From a virus, in the UHGV virus genome UHGV-1366919: a stretch of DNA of 64,000 nucleotides. The stretch is one strand, 5' to 3'. The first letter of the stretch is position 1. Each line of letters opens with the position of its first letter. Shown piece by piece: positions 47,446-56,491 of the stretch. The translations under genes were made by a program, and so were the position numbers. The notes below the pieces were generated by a model that did not search any database, was not told the DNA's origin, and worked only from the letters and a program-made list of their open reading frames with translations.

Positions 47446-47883
47446 ATGAAGCTAAAAAGACATAAGGATATTGCCTCATTATTCATTAACAAGAAAAAAG
47501 TTGAAGAAGACTGCGAAGGAATGACAGCAGGTTCTGTTTTAGCTCCTTCAGCCCAGGCGACTGGAGGAAATATTACAAATACCGATTCGTATGCCCCAGG
47601 AGACAATAGAATTCCTAAGTCTTTATTCAAAACGAGGGTTATTAAACGAAAATATAAAGAAGAAGATGCTGAAGAATATCCTGAAATTCCGGCTGATTTC
47701 TTTACTGATAAGGAATGGGAAAAAATTGAAGAAGAGGCTGAAAGCCGTGGATGCAGTCCTTATGAAGTAGCTTATCGAGAATATAAAGCCAGAGGAGGAA
47801 TGGACCAGGACCGCAAAATGACGGATATTGAAGTTCAAAAAGCATTTGATGAATTAAAATCGCATTTGGCGGATTATAATTGA
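47446..47883 (+). CDS. Hypothetical protein
   Basis: A 145 aa ORF, divergent from uvsY. Confidence 0.35.
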   Translation: MKLKRHKDIASLFINKKKVEEDCEGMTAGSVLAPSAQATGGNITNTDSYAPGDNRIPKSLFKTRVIKRKYKEEDAEEYPEIPADFFTDKEWEKIEEEAESRGCSPYEVAYREYKARGGMDQDRKMTDIEVQKAFDELKSHLADYN

Positions 47884-48344
47884 TTCCAATGAATCAAGAT
47901 TTAGGTCATTGGGTTACTTCGATAGACATCCCTGAAGAAATATTCGGGTTTGTCTATCGAATTACCAATTTGGAAAATAATAAAATGTACATCGGTAAAA
48001 AACTTTGTACATCGGTTAAAAAGCTTCCTCCATTAAAAGGTAAAACAAGAAAAAGACATAAAAAAGTAGAAACAGATTGGAAAACTTATACCGGGTCTTC
48101 TCCGGAATTAAATGAAGATATTAAAAAATTAGGCAAAGATAAATTTAAATTCGAGATTATAAAATTTTGTACCTGTAAATGGGAATTGAGTTATTTTGAA
48201 GCAAAGGCCCAATTTGAAGAAGATGTTTTATTCAAGCAAGATGAATATTACAATGGTATAATCAATTTAAGAATTGGCCGTTCGCCAAAAGAAAGTCTTG
48301 AAAAATTTAATTTATGCCAATCGAATTTAAAATCCGGAATTTAA
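47880..48344 (+). CDS. GIY-YIG family endonuclease (Seg-like/EndoII-like)
   Basis: A 154 aa ORF. GFVYRITNLENNKMYIGKK is the GIY...YIG signature. Confidence 0.6.
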   Translation: MIPMNQDLGHWVTSIDIPEEIFGFVYRITNLENNKMYIGKKLCTSVKKLPPLKGKTRKRHKKVETDWKTYTGSSPELNEDIKKLGKDKFKFEIIKFCTCKWELSYFEAKAQFEEDVLFKQDEYYNGIINLRIGRSPKESLEKFNLCQSNLKSGI

Positions 48345-48808
48345 CTGTTATTGATTTGAATTGCTTATTTGATTCAGCTTTATTTGAAGCCAACAAGTAT
48401 GCTTTAGACAATGACATTAAAAGTTCAAAAGATATTTCTACGCTTTTTAAACATTTTACCTTTACAAAATTTTTAGATGTTTGCCAAAATTTTACTACTA
48501 AAAATATTCTTCTCTATTTTGAAGATCAATCCGATTTGCCAAAGGATTATTTTCTTATTTTAAAACTCCTGAAAAATAAAATTAAATTTCCAACCATCAT
48601 TTCCAATATCTCTATTAATGAATATCTGGCAATCATTTCTGATGATTCTCCAGAATTTGATGAAGTAATGGCTGAAAATTATAATTTTAGTTTTATAGAT
48701 CATTTTACTGATTTTAAAAATTATCTTAAGAAGTCAGGTCTTCTTTTCCTTAACAAGAAGTACCAGAATTTGACTGAAGTTATCGGTCTTCTAATAGCAT
48801 GTAAATAA
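48314..48808 (+). CDS. Hypothetical protein
   Basis: A 164 aa ORF. Confidence 0.3.
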   Translation: MPIEFKIRNLTVIDLNCLFDSALFEANKYALDNDIKSSKDISTLFKHFTFTKFLDVCQNFTTKNILLYFEDQSDLPKDYFLILKLLKNKIKFPTIISNISINEYLAIISDDSPEFDEVMAENYNFSFIDHFTDFKNYLKKSGLLFLNKKYQNLTEVIGLLIACK

Positions 48809-48816
48809 AAATTATC

Positions 48817-49233
48817 ATGAATTCTAATTTATTCAAGACATTAGATACTTTAACAAAACAATATTTGATTAAAGAAGCTAATGATGAAGACCTTCCTTTT
48901 CCTACTGGAGAAGAGGGAGATCAAGGCGATAAAGAAGTAGATGCTGAGGTTGAAATGGATATTAATGAGCCTCAAGCCGATGATCCTACTGAAACTCCGG
49001 AAACTGGAGATATTCCTCAAAATGAAGAAGGAGCTTTTATTTCCGATACAAAGCTTGCAATGTTCGCTAATCTTCTTTTAAAAGCTTTCATGGCTCCTCC
49101 TTCTACTGATATTCCGGAGAATCTTCAAAATGTAACGGCAAACAATGCTAGCCAGGTTATCGCCTTTATTGAGTCTAGGATGAATCTTCAAAAGCCGACT
49201 AATAATATTGTTGATGACTTATCAAAAGTTTAA
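48817..49233 (+). CDS. Hypothetical highly acidic protein
   Basis: A 138 aa ORF. It contains EEGDQGDKEVDAEVEMDINEPQADDPTETPETGDIPQNEEG. Its charge distribution resembles that of DNA mimics; this is speculative. Confidence 0.35.
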   Translation: MNSNLFKTLDTLTKQYLIKEANDEDLPFPTGEEGDQGDKEVDAEVEMDINEPQADDPTETPETGDIPQNEEGAFISDTKLAMFANLLLKAFMAPPSTDIPENLQNVTANNASQVIAFIESRMNLQKPTNNIVDDLSKV

Positions 49234-49238
49234 AGGTT

Positions 49239-51179
49239 ATGCAAGAATTTACAAAAATTTTACAAAATATTGAGCTAATTCAGGAAGCTCAAAAAAGAAA
49301 AGATCCTGTTCTTAATGTAGTAACATTATTCAGTGGAATGGGAGCTCCGGAAATTGCCCTTGATAAATTGGGAGTCAAATACAGGATTGTTCTGGCATCT
49401 GATATTGATCCAGAGGCTGAAGCAGTTTATAAGCAACTTCATGGTAAAAAACTTGCTAAAGGAAATGATTCATTTATTCCGAATGTTTATGATGTTTTAG
49501 ACCAGGTTGAACCTTCAAAGCTTAGCGCAGATGTTTTAATTGCAGGATTTTCTTGCCAGGCTTTTTCTTTATCTGGTAAACAATATGGCATTTATTCTCG
49601 TCAAGTAAAACCTGAAGGATCCAATAAAAAATTTGTCGTCAATATTAAAAGGCATTTAACTGATATTAATGGAGATACTGCAATCACTGTTAATAATGAT
49701 GAATCTGATCCTTTACCTGAAGGACTTCCCGAAGGAACTAAAGTAACTATTTCTCCAGATTCTGACGGTAAGCTGGCATTTCAAACATTAAAGATTGCCC
49801 AAACATTAAAGCCAAAAGTTATTATTCTTGAAAATGTTTCTACTTTTGGCCAGGCTGATATTGAAGATGAAGATGAAGTTCCTTCTGAATTTATTACAGA
49901 AGAAAAAGAAATTAAAGTAATTCAATCCAGACTGGGACAATCTGGAAAAGTAGACATATCTGAAGGAGGTTATTTGAGACTCCTTGGAAAGATTTTCAAT
50001 ACTATTGGATATAGTTTTTATCCAATGTACCTTGATCCGACTTCTTATACTAATTCCGTAATTCGTCGTCCACGAATTTATATCGTTGGTATTCGAAATG
50101 ATATTGAAGCAGGAATTAATCCAAATAAATTAGAAGCTTTTGATGATAAGATGGCAACTAATTTTGGATTGAACACCACTAAATCCGAAAAGGATTATCA
50201 AAAGCTTTTGGACAAAACTTTGAACTACATTATGAGTTCAAAGTATTCTCATGGCTATATGTCCAAAAATCCTCGAGAACTTGTTAAAGGTTTAGTCTCT
50301 AAATTTGGCATTAATAGATTTGCAGAAGCTACTGACTATATCTTTAATAAGCTTGTTAAAAATGGAAGTGTTGATCCCAGAAACCTTCAATTAAATCAAT
50401 TTCAGTATGATTCTAATGTTATTGATAAAGAATTTAATGATCCTCAGGTTATTAAATTCTTCAAGAAAATCAGAAGCGAACAGCAACCTGTAATTTTGGA
50501 TGTATCTGAAAAAAGCGATACTGTTGATTATCTTTCTACTGTTTTAGCGGAAGGTATTTCTGGTTATTTTGAAGAATATAGCGGTAAATTTACTATTGAT
50601 AATCCGCAAGGTAAATTAAATTTAGACTTTGGAACTAAACCCGCAAAACCAAAGGTTAAGAAAGAAAAACCATTGGTTCAGGGTGAATTGGATCTTGACT
50701 ATGGGGAAGATCCTTTGGGACAAGTAGTTCAAGAAGCTTTAGGAAAATATAATAATCAAAAAGTTGATGAAATTGCTATTAAGAAATTTAAAGAAATCAT
50801 TGCTAAGAAGTTATTGACCCAATTTCTTTTAAATTCTTATAATAAACGTAATTTAAGTTATATTCCTACAATTCTCAAGAATTCATCTATTCCTATGAAA
50901 GTCGGAGGAGTTGGCAATGCAAACTACTTTATTCTTCGTAATAAATCCGGACAGTTTAGCTGGGGATATATTCATCCGGCAATTTTGATGAAGTTGATGG
51001 GAATGTATTATAATTCAAGTTCCGGAGATGATTCAATTTATCAAAGTATAGCAAAAACAAAACTTGCAAATGGCCGTCCGATTTCAGTTAATGGAATTAT
51101 TCGACGAATTGGTAATTCAATGAGTGTAACAGTTCTTGAAAAATTATTCAAATCGCTAATTTCAATGAAAGCCCTATGA
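49239..51179 (+). CDS. DNA (cytosine-5)-methyltransferase family protein, unusually large, with a non-canonical motif IV
   Basis: A 646 aa ORF. It carries motif I (LFSGMGAPE), motif IV (GFSCQAFSLSG, with Ser replacing the usual Pro of PCQ), motif VI (ILENV), motif VIII (IRRPRIYIVG) and motif X (IGNSMSVTV) at the C-terminus. There are large insertions between motifs IV and VI and in the TRD region. Confidence 0.7.
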   Translation: MQEFTKILQNIELIQEAQKRKDPVLNVVTLFSGMGAPEIALDKLGVKYRIVLASDIDPEAEAVYKQLHGKKLAKGNDSFIPNVYDVLDQVEPSKLSADVLIAGFSCQAFSLSGKQYGIYSRQVKPEGSNKKFVVNIKRHLTDINGDTAITVNNDESDPLPEGLPEGTKVTISPDSDGKLAFQTLKIAQTLKPKVIILENVSTFGQADIEDEDEVPSEFITEEKEIKVIQSRLGQSGKVDISEGGYLRLLGKIFNTIGYSFYPMYLDPTSYTNSVIRRPRIYIVGIRNDIEAGINPNKLEAFDDKMATNFGLNTTKSEKDYQKLLDKTLNYIMSSKYSHGYMSKNPRELVKGLVSKFGINRFAEATDYIFNKLVKNGSVDPRNLQLNQFQYDSNVIDKEFNDPQVIKFFKKIRSEQQPVILDVSEKSDTVDYLSTVLAEGISGYFEEYSGKFTIDNPQGKLNLDFGTKPAKPKVKKEKPLVQGELDLDYGEDPLGQVVQEALGKYNNQKVDEIAIKKFKEIIAKKLLTQFLLNSYNKRNLSYIPTILKNSSIPMKVGGVGNANYFILRNKSGQFSWGYIHPAILMKLMGMYYNSSSGDDSIYQSIAKTKLANGRPISVNGIIRRIGNSMSVTVLEKLFKSLISMKAL

Positions 51180-51182
51180 TTA

Positions 51183-51214
51183 AAAACCCGAAGGATTTAA
51201 TCCTTCGGGTTTTT
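51183..51214. terminator. Bidirectional intrinsic terminator (copy 2 of the repeated hairpin)
   Basis: AAAAACCCGAAGGAT-TTAA-TCCTTCGGGTTTTT between convergent genes. The stem is identical to the one at 32134-32166. Confidence 0.85.
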
Positions 51215-51216
51215 CT

Positions 51217-53295
51217 TTATCCAAATAAAATATTCAAAATAAATTCTGAACAAGTTGTTTCAAGAAGGTTTTCTTCATTCTCTTCCTGTCCCCTTTGCCT
51301 TCGCCATTCAAGGGCATCATAAATCATGCCTGTTTCCGGATCATATTCCAAAAATCTTCCTGAAGTTGAATCTTTCCAAAGATAATGCCCATTATTCAGG
51401 CGTTTACTCTTTTTGGGAGGAATAAATCCATCGGGAGCCTTCTTGGGATATTTTTCTTTTTTAGTTGTTTTTTGTTTAGCTTTTCTTTGTTTTTTAGAAG
51501 AATCGCTTAAACGCTTTGTATCTTGAGATGCTTGAGATTGTTTTTCTGAAGAATAATCTTCTCCGTCAGTAGCTCTGGCATCTTCTCCCTCAAATTCAGT
51601 TCCTTGATTTGGACTTTCAGGTTGAGGCGGAGGAGTTCCTCCTTCAGTTTTACCAAAAGAATCCCCCTCACCTTTATTTTCAGAAGATGTATTATTCTTT
51701 TCAGAAGTTTTATCATTTTGAGTTCCATAATTATTAAACTTCCGGAAAGCAGCAAAAATATTAGGATTTTCTCCACCTTTATTGCTATCTATCCATCTTT
51801 TAATTTGACTGTCTACAGGTCCTTCAGTGGCGATTGTACTTCCATTAACTGCTCGGTATTTCTTAAATCCAAATTGAGGATTACTGGAAAAATTACCTTG
51901 TTCATCCACCGAAGAAAGTTCAGAATTGGTTAATAATTCTTCAATATAATTGATAACTTTTTCACCAAGGAATTCAGTGAAAATAGATTTTTCAAAAGCT
52001 TCTGCGATAGGAGTAACTTTTCTGGAACCTTTAACACCACTGACTAAAACAAATTCAGTTAAAATACCTTTAGACTTAAGTCCATCAACTAACATTCTTC
52101 CCAGACGTTTAGTAGTATCAGAATAAAAATCAGATTTAATATCTGACATTATTTTGTTAAAATCAGTTTCAGCCTGAGGATAATTATCTTTAAGAAAATC
52201 TTTAAAAGCCTCTTTCTGATTATTGTCAAAAAGAACAAGGTAAAGAATAGGCTTATTAACAGAAGCCTGTTCTCTTTGAGTCTTTTCAAATGTTGTTTCT
52301 TCTTTAATCAAATTAAAAGAATTTTCTTGATATGAAGAATTAACAATTTCTGTACTGTCGGATTGTTGCTGTTCTGGATTTTGTTCTTGATTTTGATCCT
52401 TCGACTGACCTTGTGAATTATTCTGTTTATTGCCTATTTGCTTATTTTCATAGGTATAACCAATATAATCAAGAATTTTATAAACTTGAGGATCTTTAAC
52501 AAATGGGCTAATCGGTTGTCCAGATGCCATGAATTTATCATTCAAATATTTGAAGATAAGATATTTGTCATCTTTTTGGTAATCTTGAATTTCTTTTTTA
52601 GCATCAGCCAAATTCTTTTTAAGAGTATCAATACCTTGCCCTATACTCAAATCAGTATTTCCAAGAGTTTTATAAATGTTATAAGCTCCCCGAATCCCGC
52701 CTTTAGCAGCTTGGTAAGCTTTGCCGGCAGTGGATGTTGCTCCAGACGGATTAGTTTTTAATGATTTAGGAAGAAAATTATTTCCGCCATGCATTGCAGT
52801 TGATGTATCTTCTTCCTTCAGAGTATAATCAACTTCAATCTTCTTATCAGAAATATTATCTTTTGAAATATCGATTAAAGCATCAAGTTCATTTTTAAGA
52901 AACTCTTGTCCTAATAAAACTTTATTTTTATTATTGGACCTGTTACCAACCGTAAAAGGAACATTTAAAAATTCATCAGTGGCAAACTTAACATCAAATA
53001 ATACTACAGGACGATCTTCAGTTTGGCCGGCTCCAATATTAATTGTAATAGTGTCCTGAACTTTTTTAGAAACCCTGTGATCTTTACCATTCTCATCATA
53101 GGTAGTAAAAACTACAACATCGCCTTGATAATAAAAATCTTCGCCATGAATTACATTAAAGGCTCCATTACCGCTATCGACTTTGGCTAAAATATCTCCA
53201 ACTCCCTTAATAAAAATAGGTTCTTCAACTCCAACTACTAATTTTTCCAGCCAAAGTTGATAATTTCTTTTTCTCAAATAGTTTAAAGCTTTCAT
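51217..53295 (-). CDS. Large hypothetical protein with an N-terminal retropepsin-like (Zn_protease/DUF785-type) domain, a low-complexity core and a basic C-terminus
   Basis: A 692 aa ORF. The N-terminal segment (ILAKVDSGNGAFNVIHGED...VLLGQEFLKNELDALID) resembles the putative ATP-dependent zinc protease / retropepsin-like fold (DTGA-like motif followed by a LLGR.FL..F.VD tail). The middle is Q/N/S/E-rich and the C-terminus is KKQRKAKQKTTKKEK-rich. Confidence 0.45.
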   Translation of the reverse strand: MKALNYLRKRNYQLWLEKLVVGVEEPIFIKGVGDILAKVDSGNGAFNVIHGEDFYYQGDVVVFTTYDENGKDHRVSKKVQDTITINIGAGQTEDRPVVLFDVKFATDEFLNVPFTVGNRSNNKNKVLLGQEFLKNELDALIDISKDNISDKKIEVDYTLKEEDTSTAMHGGNNFLPKSLKTNPSGATSTAGKAYQAAKGGIRGAYNIYKTLGNTDLSIGQGIDTLKKNLADAKKEIQDYQKDDKYLIFKYLNDKFMASGQPISPFVKDPQVYKILDYIGYTYENKQIGNKQNNSQGQSKDQNQEQNPEQQQSDSTEIVNSSYQENSFNLIKEETTFEKTQREQASVNKPILYLVLFDNNQKEAFKDFLKDNYPQAETDFNKIMSDIKSDFYSDTTKRLGRMLVDGLKSKGILTEFVLVSGVKGSRKVTPIAEAFEKSIFTEFLGEKVINYIEELLTNSELSSVDEQGNFSSNPQFGFKKYRAVNGSTIATEGPVDSQIKRWIDSNKGGENPNIFAAFRKFNNYGTQNDKTSEKNNTSSENKGEGDSFGKTEGGTPPPQPESPNQGTEFEGEDARATDGEDYSSEKQSQASQDTKRLSDSSKKQRKAKQKTTKKEKYPKKAPDGFIPPKKSKRLNNGHYLWKDSTSGRFLEYDPETGMIYDALEWRRQRGQEENEENLLETTCSEFILNILFG

Positions 53296-53296
53296 A

Positions 53297-53695
53297 TTAA
53301 TTTAAAGGAATGGAAATAATTTGCGGGATAGTCACTCGTTTATTTCCAACATTTATAGTTTGCTGAAGATTAATCCCAGAGTTTAACTGGGTAATATAAT
53401 CTTCCAGAGATAAAGAGATAGCAGTTAAATCAGCAGTCAATAAAGATCGAAGATAGGATAATTGAGGAGAATCAATTTCATTAGAGCAATTTTGAGAAAT
53501 AATATCCAACTTACCTTTAATAGAACAAATCAAATCCTGCAAGCTTTGCTGAGATTCCAATGCTCCTGTCGGCGGTTGCCCTATAGTTGGTTTTTCAACC
53601 TCCCAATTAAACGTATTCGACTGATTATAGCTTTCTTCAAAGATCCCTTCAGAAATATCTTTTAAAATCTCTAAATTTTCTTCGTCAAGAAACAT
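53297..53695 (-). CDS. Hypothetical protein
   Basis: A 132 aa ORF. Confidence 0.3.
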   Translation of the reverse strand: MFLDEENLEILKDISEGIFEESYNQSNTFNWEVEKPTIGQPPTGALESQQSLQDLICSIKGKLDIISQNCSNEIDSPQLSYLRSLLTADLTAISLSLEDYITQLNSGINLQQTINVGNKRVTIPQIISIPLN

Positions 53696-53699
53696 ATTT

Positions 53700-53735
53700 T
53701 GTATTTAAAGACAATTCTCGTGATATAATGACTTT
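53700..53735 (+). promoter_or_regulatory. Candidate sigma70-like (early) promoter
   Basis: TATAAT lies at 53724-53729, about 15 nt upstream of the ATG at 53745, in a divergent intergenic spacer. Confidence 0.25.
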
Positions 53736-53744
53736 ATAAAAGTT

Positions 53745-54482
53745 ATGAAAATTGCCGTTTCAGGAACAAGTTGCTCAGGTAAATCTACATTAATTCGTGA
53801 ATTTATTAATACCTTTAAGATGTATAAAACCCCGGCCAAAACTTACAGAGATAGGTTAAAAGCCGAAAAGATAAATCATTCAAGTAAAACCTGCGAAGAA
53901 ACGCAAAAGTTTATCTTGGATTATATGATTGATCAATTGACAGAACTTAAGGATGAAAAGTATATCATTTATGATCGTTGTCCTCTCGACGTTCTTGTTT
54001 ATACTGTTTTAGCAGCTGAAGCAAATCAGGTTAGTGAAGAATTTTTGGTCGAGACTATTCAAAGGGTTCGAGATTCTCTTAGTTTATTAGATGTAATCTT
54101 TATTTGTCCCTTTGATGATAAGATCAAAATCATAGATAATGGCACCCGAGATACTGACATCAATTATATTAAGAAAGTTGATTCTGTCTTTCAAAATTTA
54201 ATGCAGCAGTATTATACTGATTTTGAAGCTGACGTTTTCTTCCCTGTTAAAGATTGCCCTGGTATTATTAATCTTGAAAATCTTAATAACCGTTTAGGAG
54301 ACATTAAAATTATTATTAATCCAAATGGAGACCTTTATTCTGCTGAAGATGATAAGAATCTTCAGGCTTACTATCTCGGTGGGAATCAGGTTTCTAAAGC
54401 TGACAAGACTCGAGGAATGATGGAATCCTTGATTGAACGTCAGGAATTTTTGCTTCCTCGTACTGAAATTGAAGGATTATGA
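53745..54482 (+). CDS. P-loop NTPase (AAA_28/NadR-like nucleotide kinase family)
   Basis: A 245 aa ORF with an N-terminal Walker A (MKIAVSGTSCSGKSTL). Confidence 0.45.
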   Translation: MKIAVSGTSCSGKSTLIREFINTFKMYKTPAKTYRDRLKAEKINHSSKTCEETQKFILDYMIDQLTELKDEKYIIYDRCPLDVLVYTVLAAEANQVSEEFLVETIQRVRDSLSLLDVIFICPFDDKIKIIDNGTRDTDINYIKKVDSVFQNLMQQYYTDFEADVFFPVKDCPGIINLENLNNRLGDIKIIINPNGDLYSAEDDKNLQAYYLGGNQVSKADKTRGMMESLIERQEFLLPRTEIEGL

Positions 54483-54920
54483 TTTAAGAGGAAGCGGATC
54501 TAACGGAATAGTAACTCCTGTTGGAAGATTGGGGAAAGATGCAGGGTTAAGATTGATAATTTCAATTAACGTATTAATACCAGTTACAACCTCATTATAA
54601 TTTGAAATATCATTCAAGTTTAACTGGTTAACTGCATCTGACAAGTTATTCTGGTCTGAAGAAAGATTATTAACAACAATGGTAGAAGTTCCGATTTTAT
54701 CGATTTGGTCAGAAGAAGCAGAATAAGAATTCCACATTTCATTAAACTGAGAGCCGAAAGAAACATTGTCAAGTGTAATGATAAAAGATGCAAAATCAAG
54801 TAAAGTAGTTGTACCTTCAGCTGTTTGGACTAAAAATTTATCTCCATCTCGAATATCTTGAATTAAAGACAAATCATTTATGCTTGCCCAAACTTTATTT
54901 CCATCTTTCTGAATAGCCAT
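54477..54920 (-). CDS. Hypothetical protein
   Basis: A 147 aa ORF. Confidence 0.3.
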   Translation of the reverse strand: MAIQKDGNKVWASINDLSLIQDIRDGDKFLVQTAEGTTTLLDFASFIITLDNVSFGSQFNEMWNSYSASSDQIDKIGTSTIVVNNLSSDQNNLSDAVNQLNLNDISNYNEVVTGINTLIEIINLNPASFPNLPTGVTIPLDPLPLKS

Positions 54921-54977
54921 GATTATTAATATTTAATGGCACCTTCTAATTTTAAGAAATAGATTAAATTAATAAAA

Positions 54978-55376
54978 ATGGATTTTCGCACTGAATTTTT
55001 TCCTTTGTTAAACAAAGCATTATATAAAACTGAAACAGATGTCTCGGAACATATTGTTTCTAATTCGGATATGTTTTTGTTTAATCGTTATACTTCATTT
55101 TATAATCCCGGATTAGTAGGAATTATAAATGAAACAATGAATAAATTTGGTAAAAGCCTTTATTTCGATAATTCAGGACCTTATCTTTACCAAGTTCTTA
55201 AATCAATCTTTCCAACCTTGAATAAAGGAAGAATTAATTATATTTCTAAAAAGAAGTCAGAATTAGTAAAAGGAGCAGATAATTTTGTTAAGAAATATTC
55301 TCGAAAATATAATATATCTGAAAGAGAAGTTTGGGGAATGTTATTCCTAGTAGAAAAAATAAACGAAAAATATTAA
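54978..55376 (+). CDS. Hypothetical protein
   Basis: A 132 aa ORF. Confidence 0.3.
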   Translation: MDFRTEFFPLLNKALYKTETDVSEHIVSNSDMFLFNRYTSFYNPGLVGIINETMNKFGKSLYFDNSGPYLYQVLKSIFPTLNKGRINYISKKKSELVKGADNFVKKYSRKYNISEREVWGMLFLVEKINEKY

Positions 55377-55380
55377 AACC

Positions 55381-55791
55381 ATGGTTAAAGACGTAGATGA
55401 TTATTATAAGATTCCTGAATTTGTTATTGACCTTAACAAGCAGGAATATAAGGGAGATATGGGTCTTCAAGATTATTGTTTAGACTGGGTATCTTATGAT
55501 ACCATTCTGCTTGATATGATTGACCTTGAAGAAGGATTTAAGAAAGTAGGTCAGTTTTTAACTGCAACTAATTCCGATATTAAAGCCTGGCGAAAAGGAC
55601 AAGTTAAAATGATTGGTCCTCGAGTAAAAGATTATAAGGTTGGTGATATTGTAATTTTCCCGGGAATTCATGGTCTTGAATCTGGAGGTCTTTATATTAC
55701 CAATGAATCGGGTGAACGAGAATATGTTAAGCATGGACATTTCCTTAGCGAAGGACGTATTTTCGGTAAAGTACATAATATTGAAGAATAA
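55381..55791 (+). CDS. Hypothetical protein
   Basis: A 136 aa ORF. There is a weak GroES-like flavour (KVGDIVIF) that is not reliable. Confidence 0.3.
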   Translation: MVKDVDDYYKIPEFVIDLNKQEYKGDMGLQDYCLDWVSYDTILLDMIDLEEGFKKVGQFLTATNSDIKAWRKGQVKMIGPRVKDYKVGDIVIFPGIHGLESGGLYITNESGEREYVKHGHFLSEGRIFGKVHNIEE

Positions 55792-56150
55792 TGGATAGAA
55801 ACAGATTAGAAAATCTCTTATTTGACAATATTTTGATTATTAGTTTTTTTCGACGGACTTACCCTGTTGGGAGAGTCCGTCGAATGATTTGTACCAAGTC
55901 GGATATTTTAACTTCTTTTCAAGGACGAGTAAATTTAAATTATCGACCGCCGAAGCATTCACCAACAATAAACCAGAAAGAACATAATATTGTTATAGTT
56001 TGGGATATTCTTTGTCAAGATTATCGTTGGATACCTTGTGAAAGTGTTAACATTATTGAAGTAATTCCTAAAAATGAATTTTGGAATTATTATAATAATG
56101 CTTTACTTCCGATGAGTAAGAGAGATAAGATTGCATTTATGAATGGTTAA
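55791..56150 (+). CDS. Hypothetical protein
   Basis: A 119 aa ORF. Confidence 0.3.
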   Translation: MDRNRLENLLFDNILIISFFRRTYPVGRVRRMICTKSDILTSFQGRVNLNYRPPKHSPTINQKEHNIVIVWDILCQDYRWIPCESVNIIEVIPKNEFWNYYNNALLPMSKRDKIAFMNG

Positions 56151-56152
56151 TC

Positions 56153-56491
56153 ATGGAATTTGTAGAAATAGAAAAATTATTTGATAACTTTTTGCTTTAT
56201 GATATTAACATTTATCATGATGATAAGCTTTTTAAAACAGGAAAGCTAAAAATGGTAACAGTTAAAAATCATTATATTAAATTTTTTATTGAAAGTGCTG
56301 GAAGTATTAAAGTATTAGAGTTATTTTATCCATTTAGTTTTAAACAAACTGATAATAAGATTATCTTTGATTATAAAGTTGATACAGTCACCAGGGGGAA
56401 TAAGCTTCTTAATCTAAAAATAGCAAATTATAAAGAAGAGATTTCTTCTAAGTTTTTGAATAGTACAGTAACTTTTGAAATTAAAGGATAA
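56153..56491 (+). CDS. Hypothetical protein
   Basis: A 112 aa ORF. Confidence 0.3.
   Translation: MEFVEIEKLFDNFLLYDINIYHDDKLFKTGKLKMVTVKNHYIKFFIESAGSIKVLELFYPFSFKQTDNKIIFDYKVDTVTRGNKLLNLKIANYKEEISSKFLNSTVTFEIKG

Noticed and set aside
55381-55791. GroES-like co-chaperonin (gp31 analog) call
   Set aside because: Only a loose KVGDIVIF resemblance is present, with no convincing alignment to GroES or gp31.
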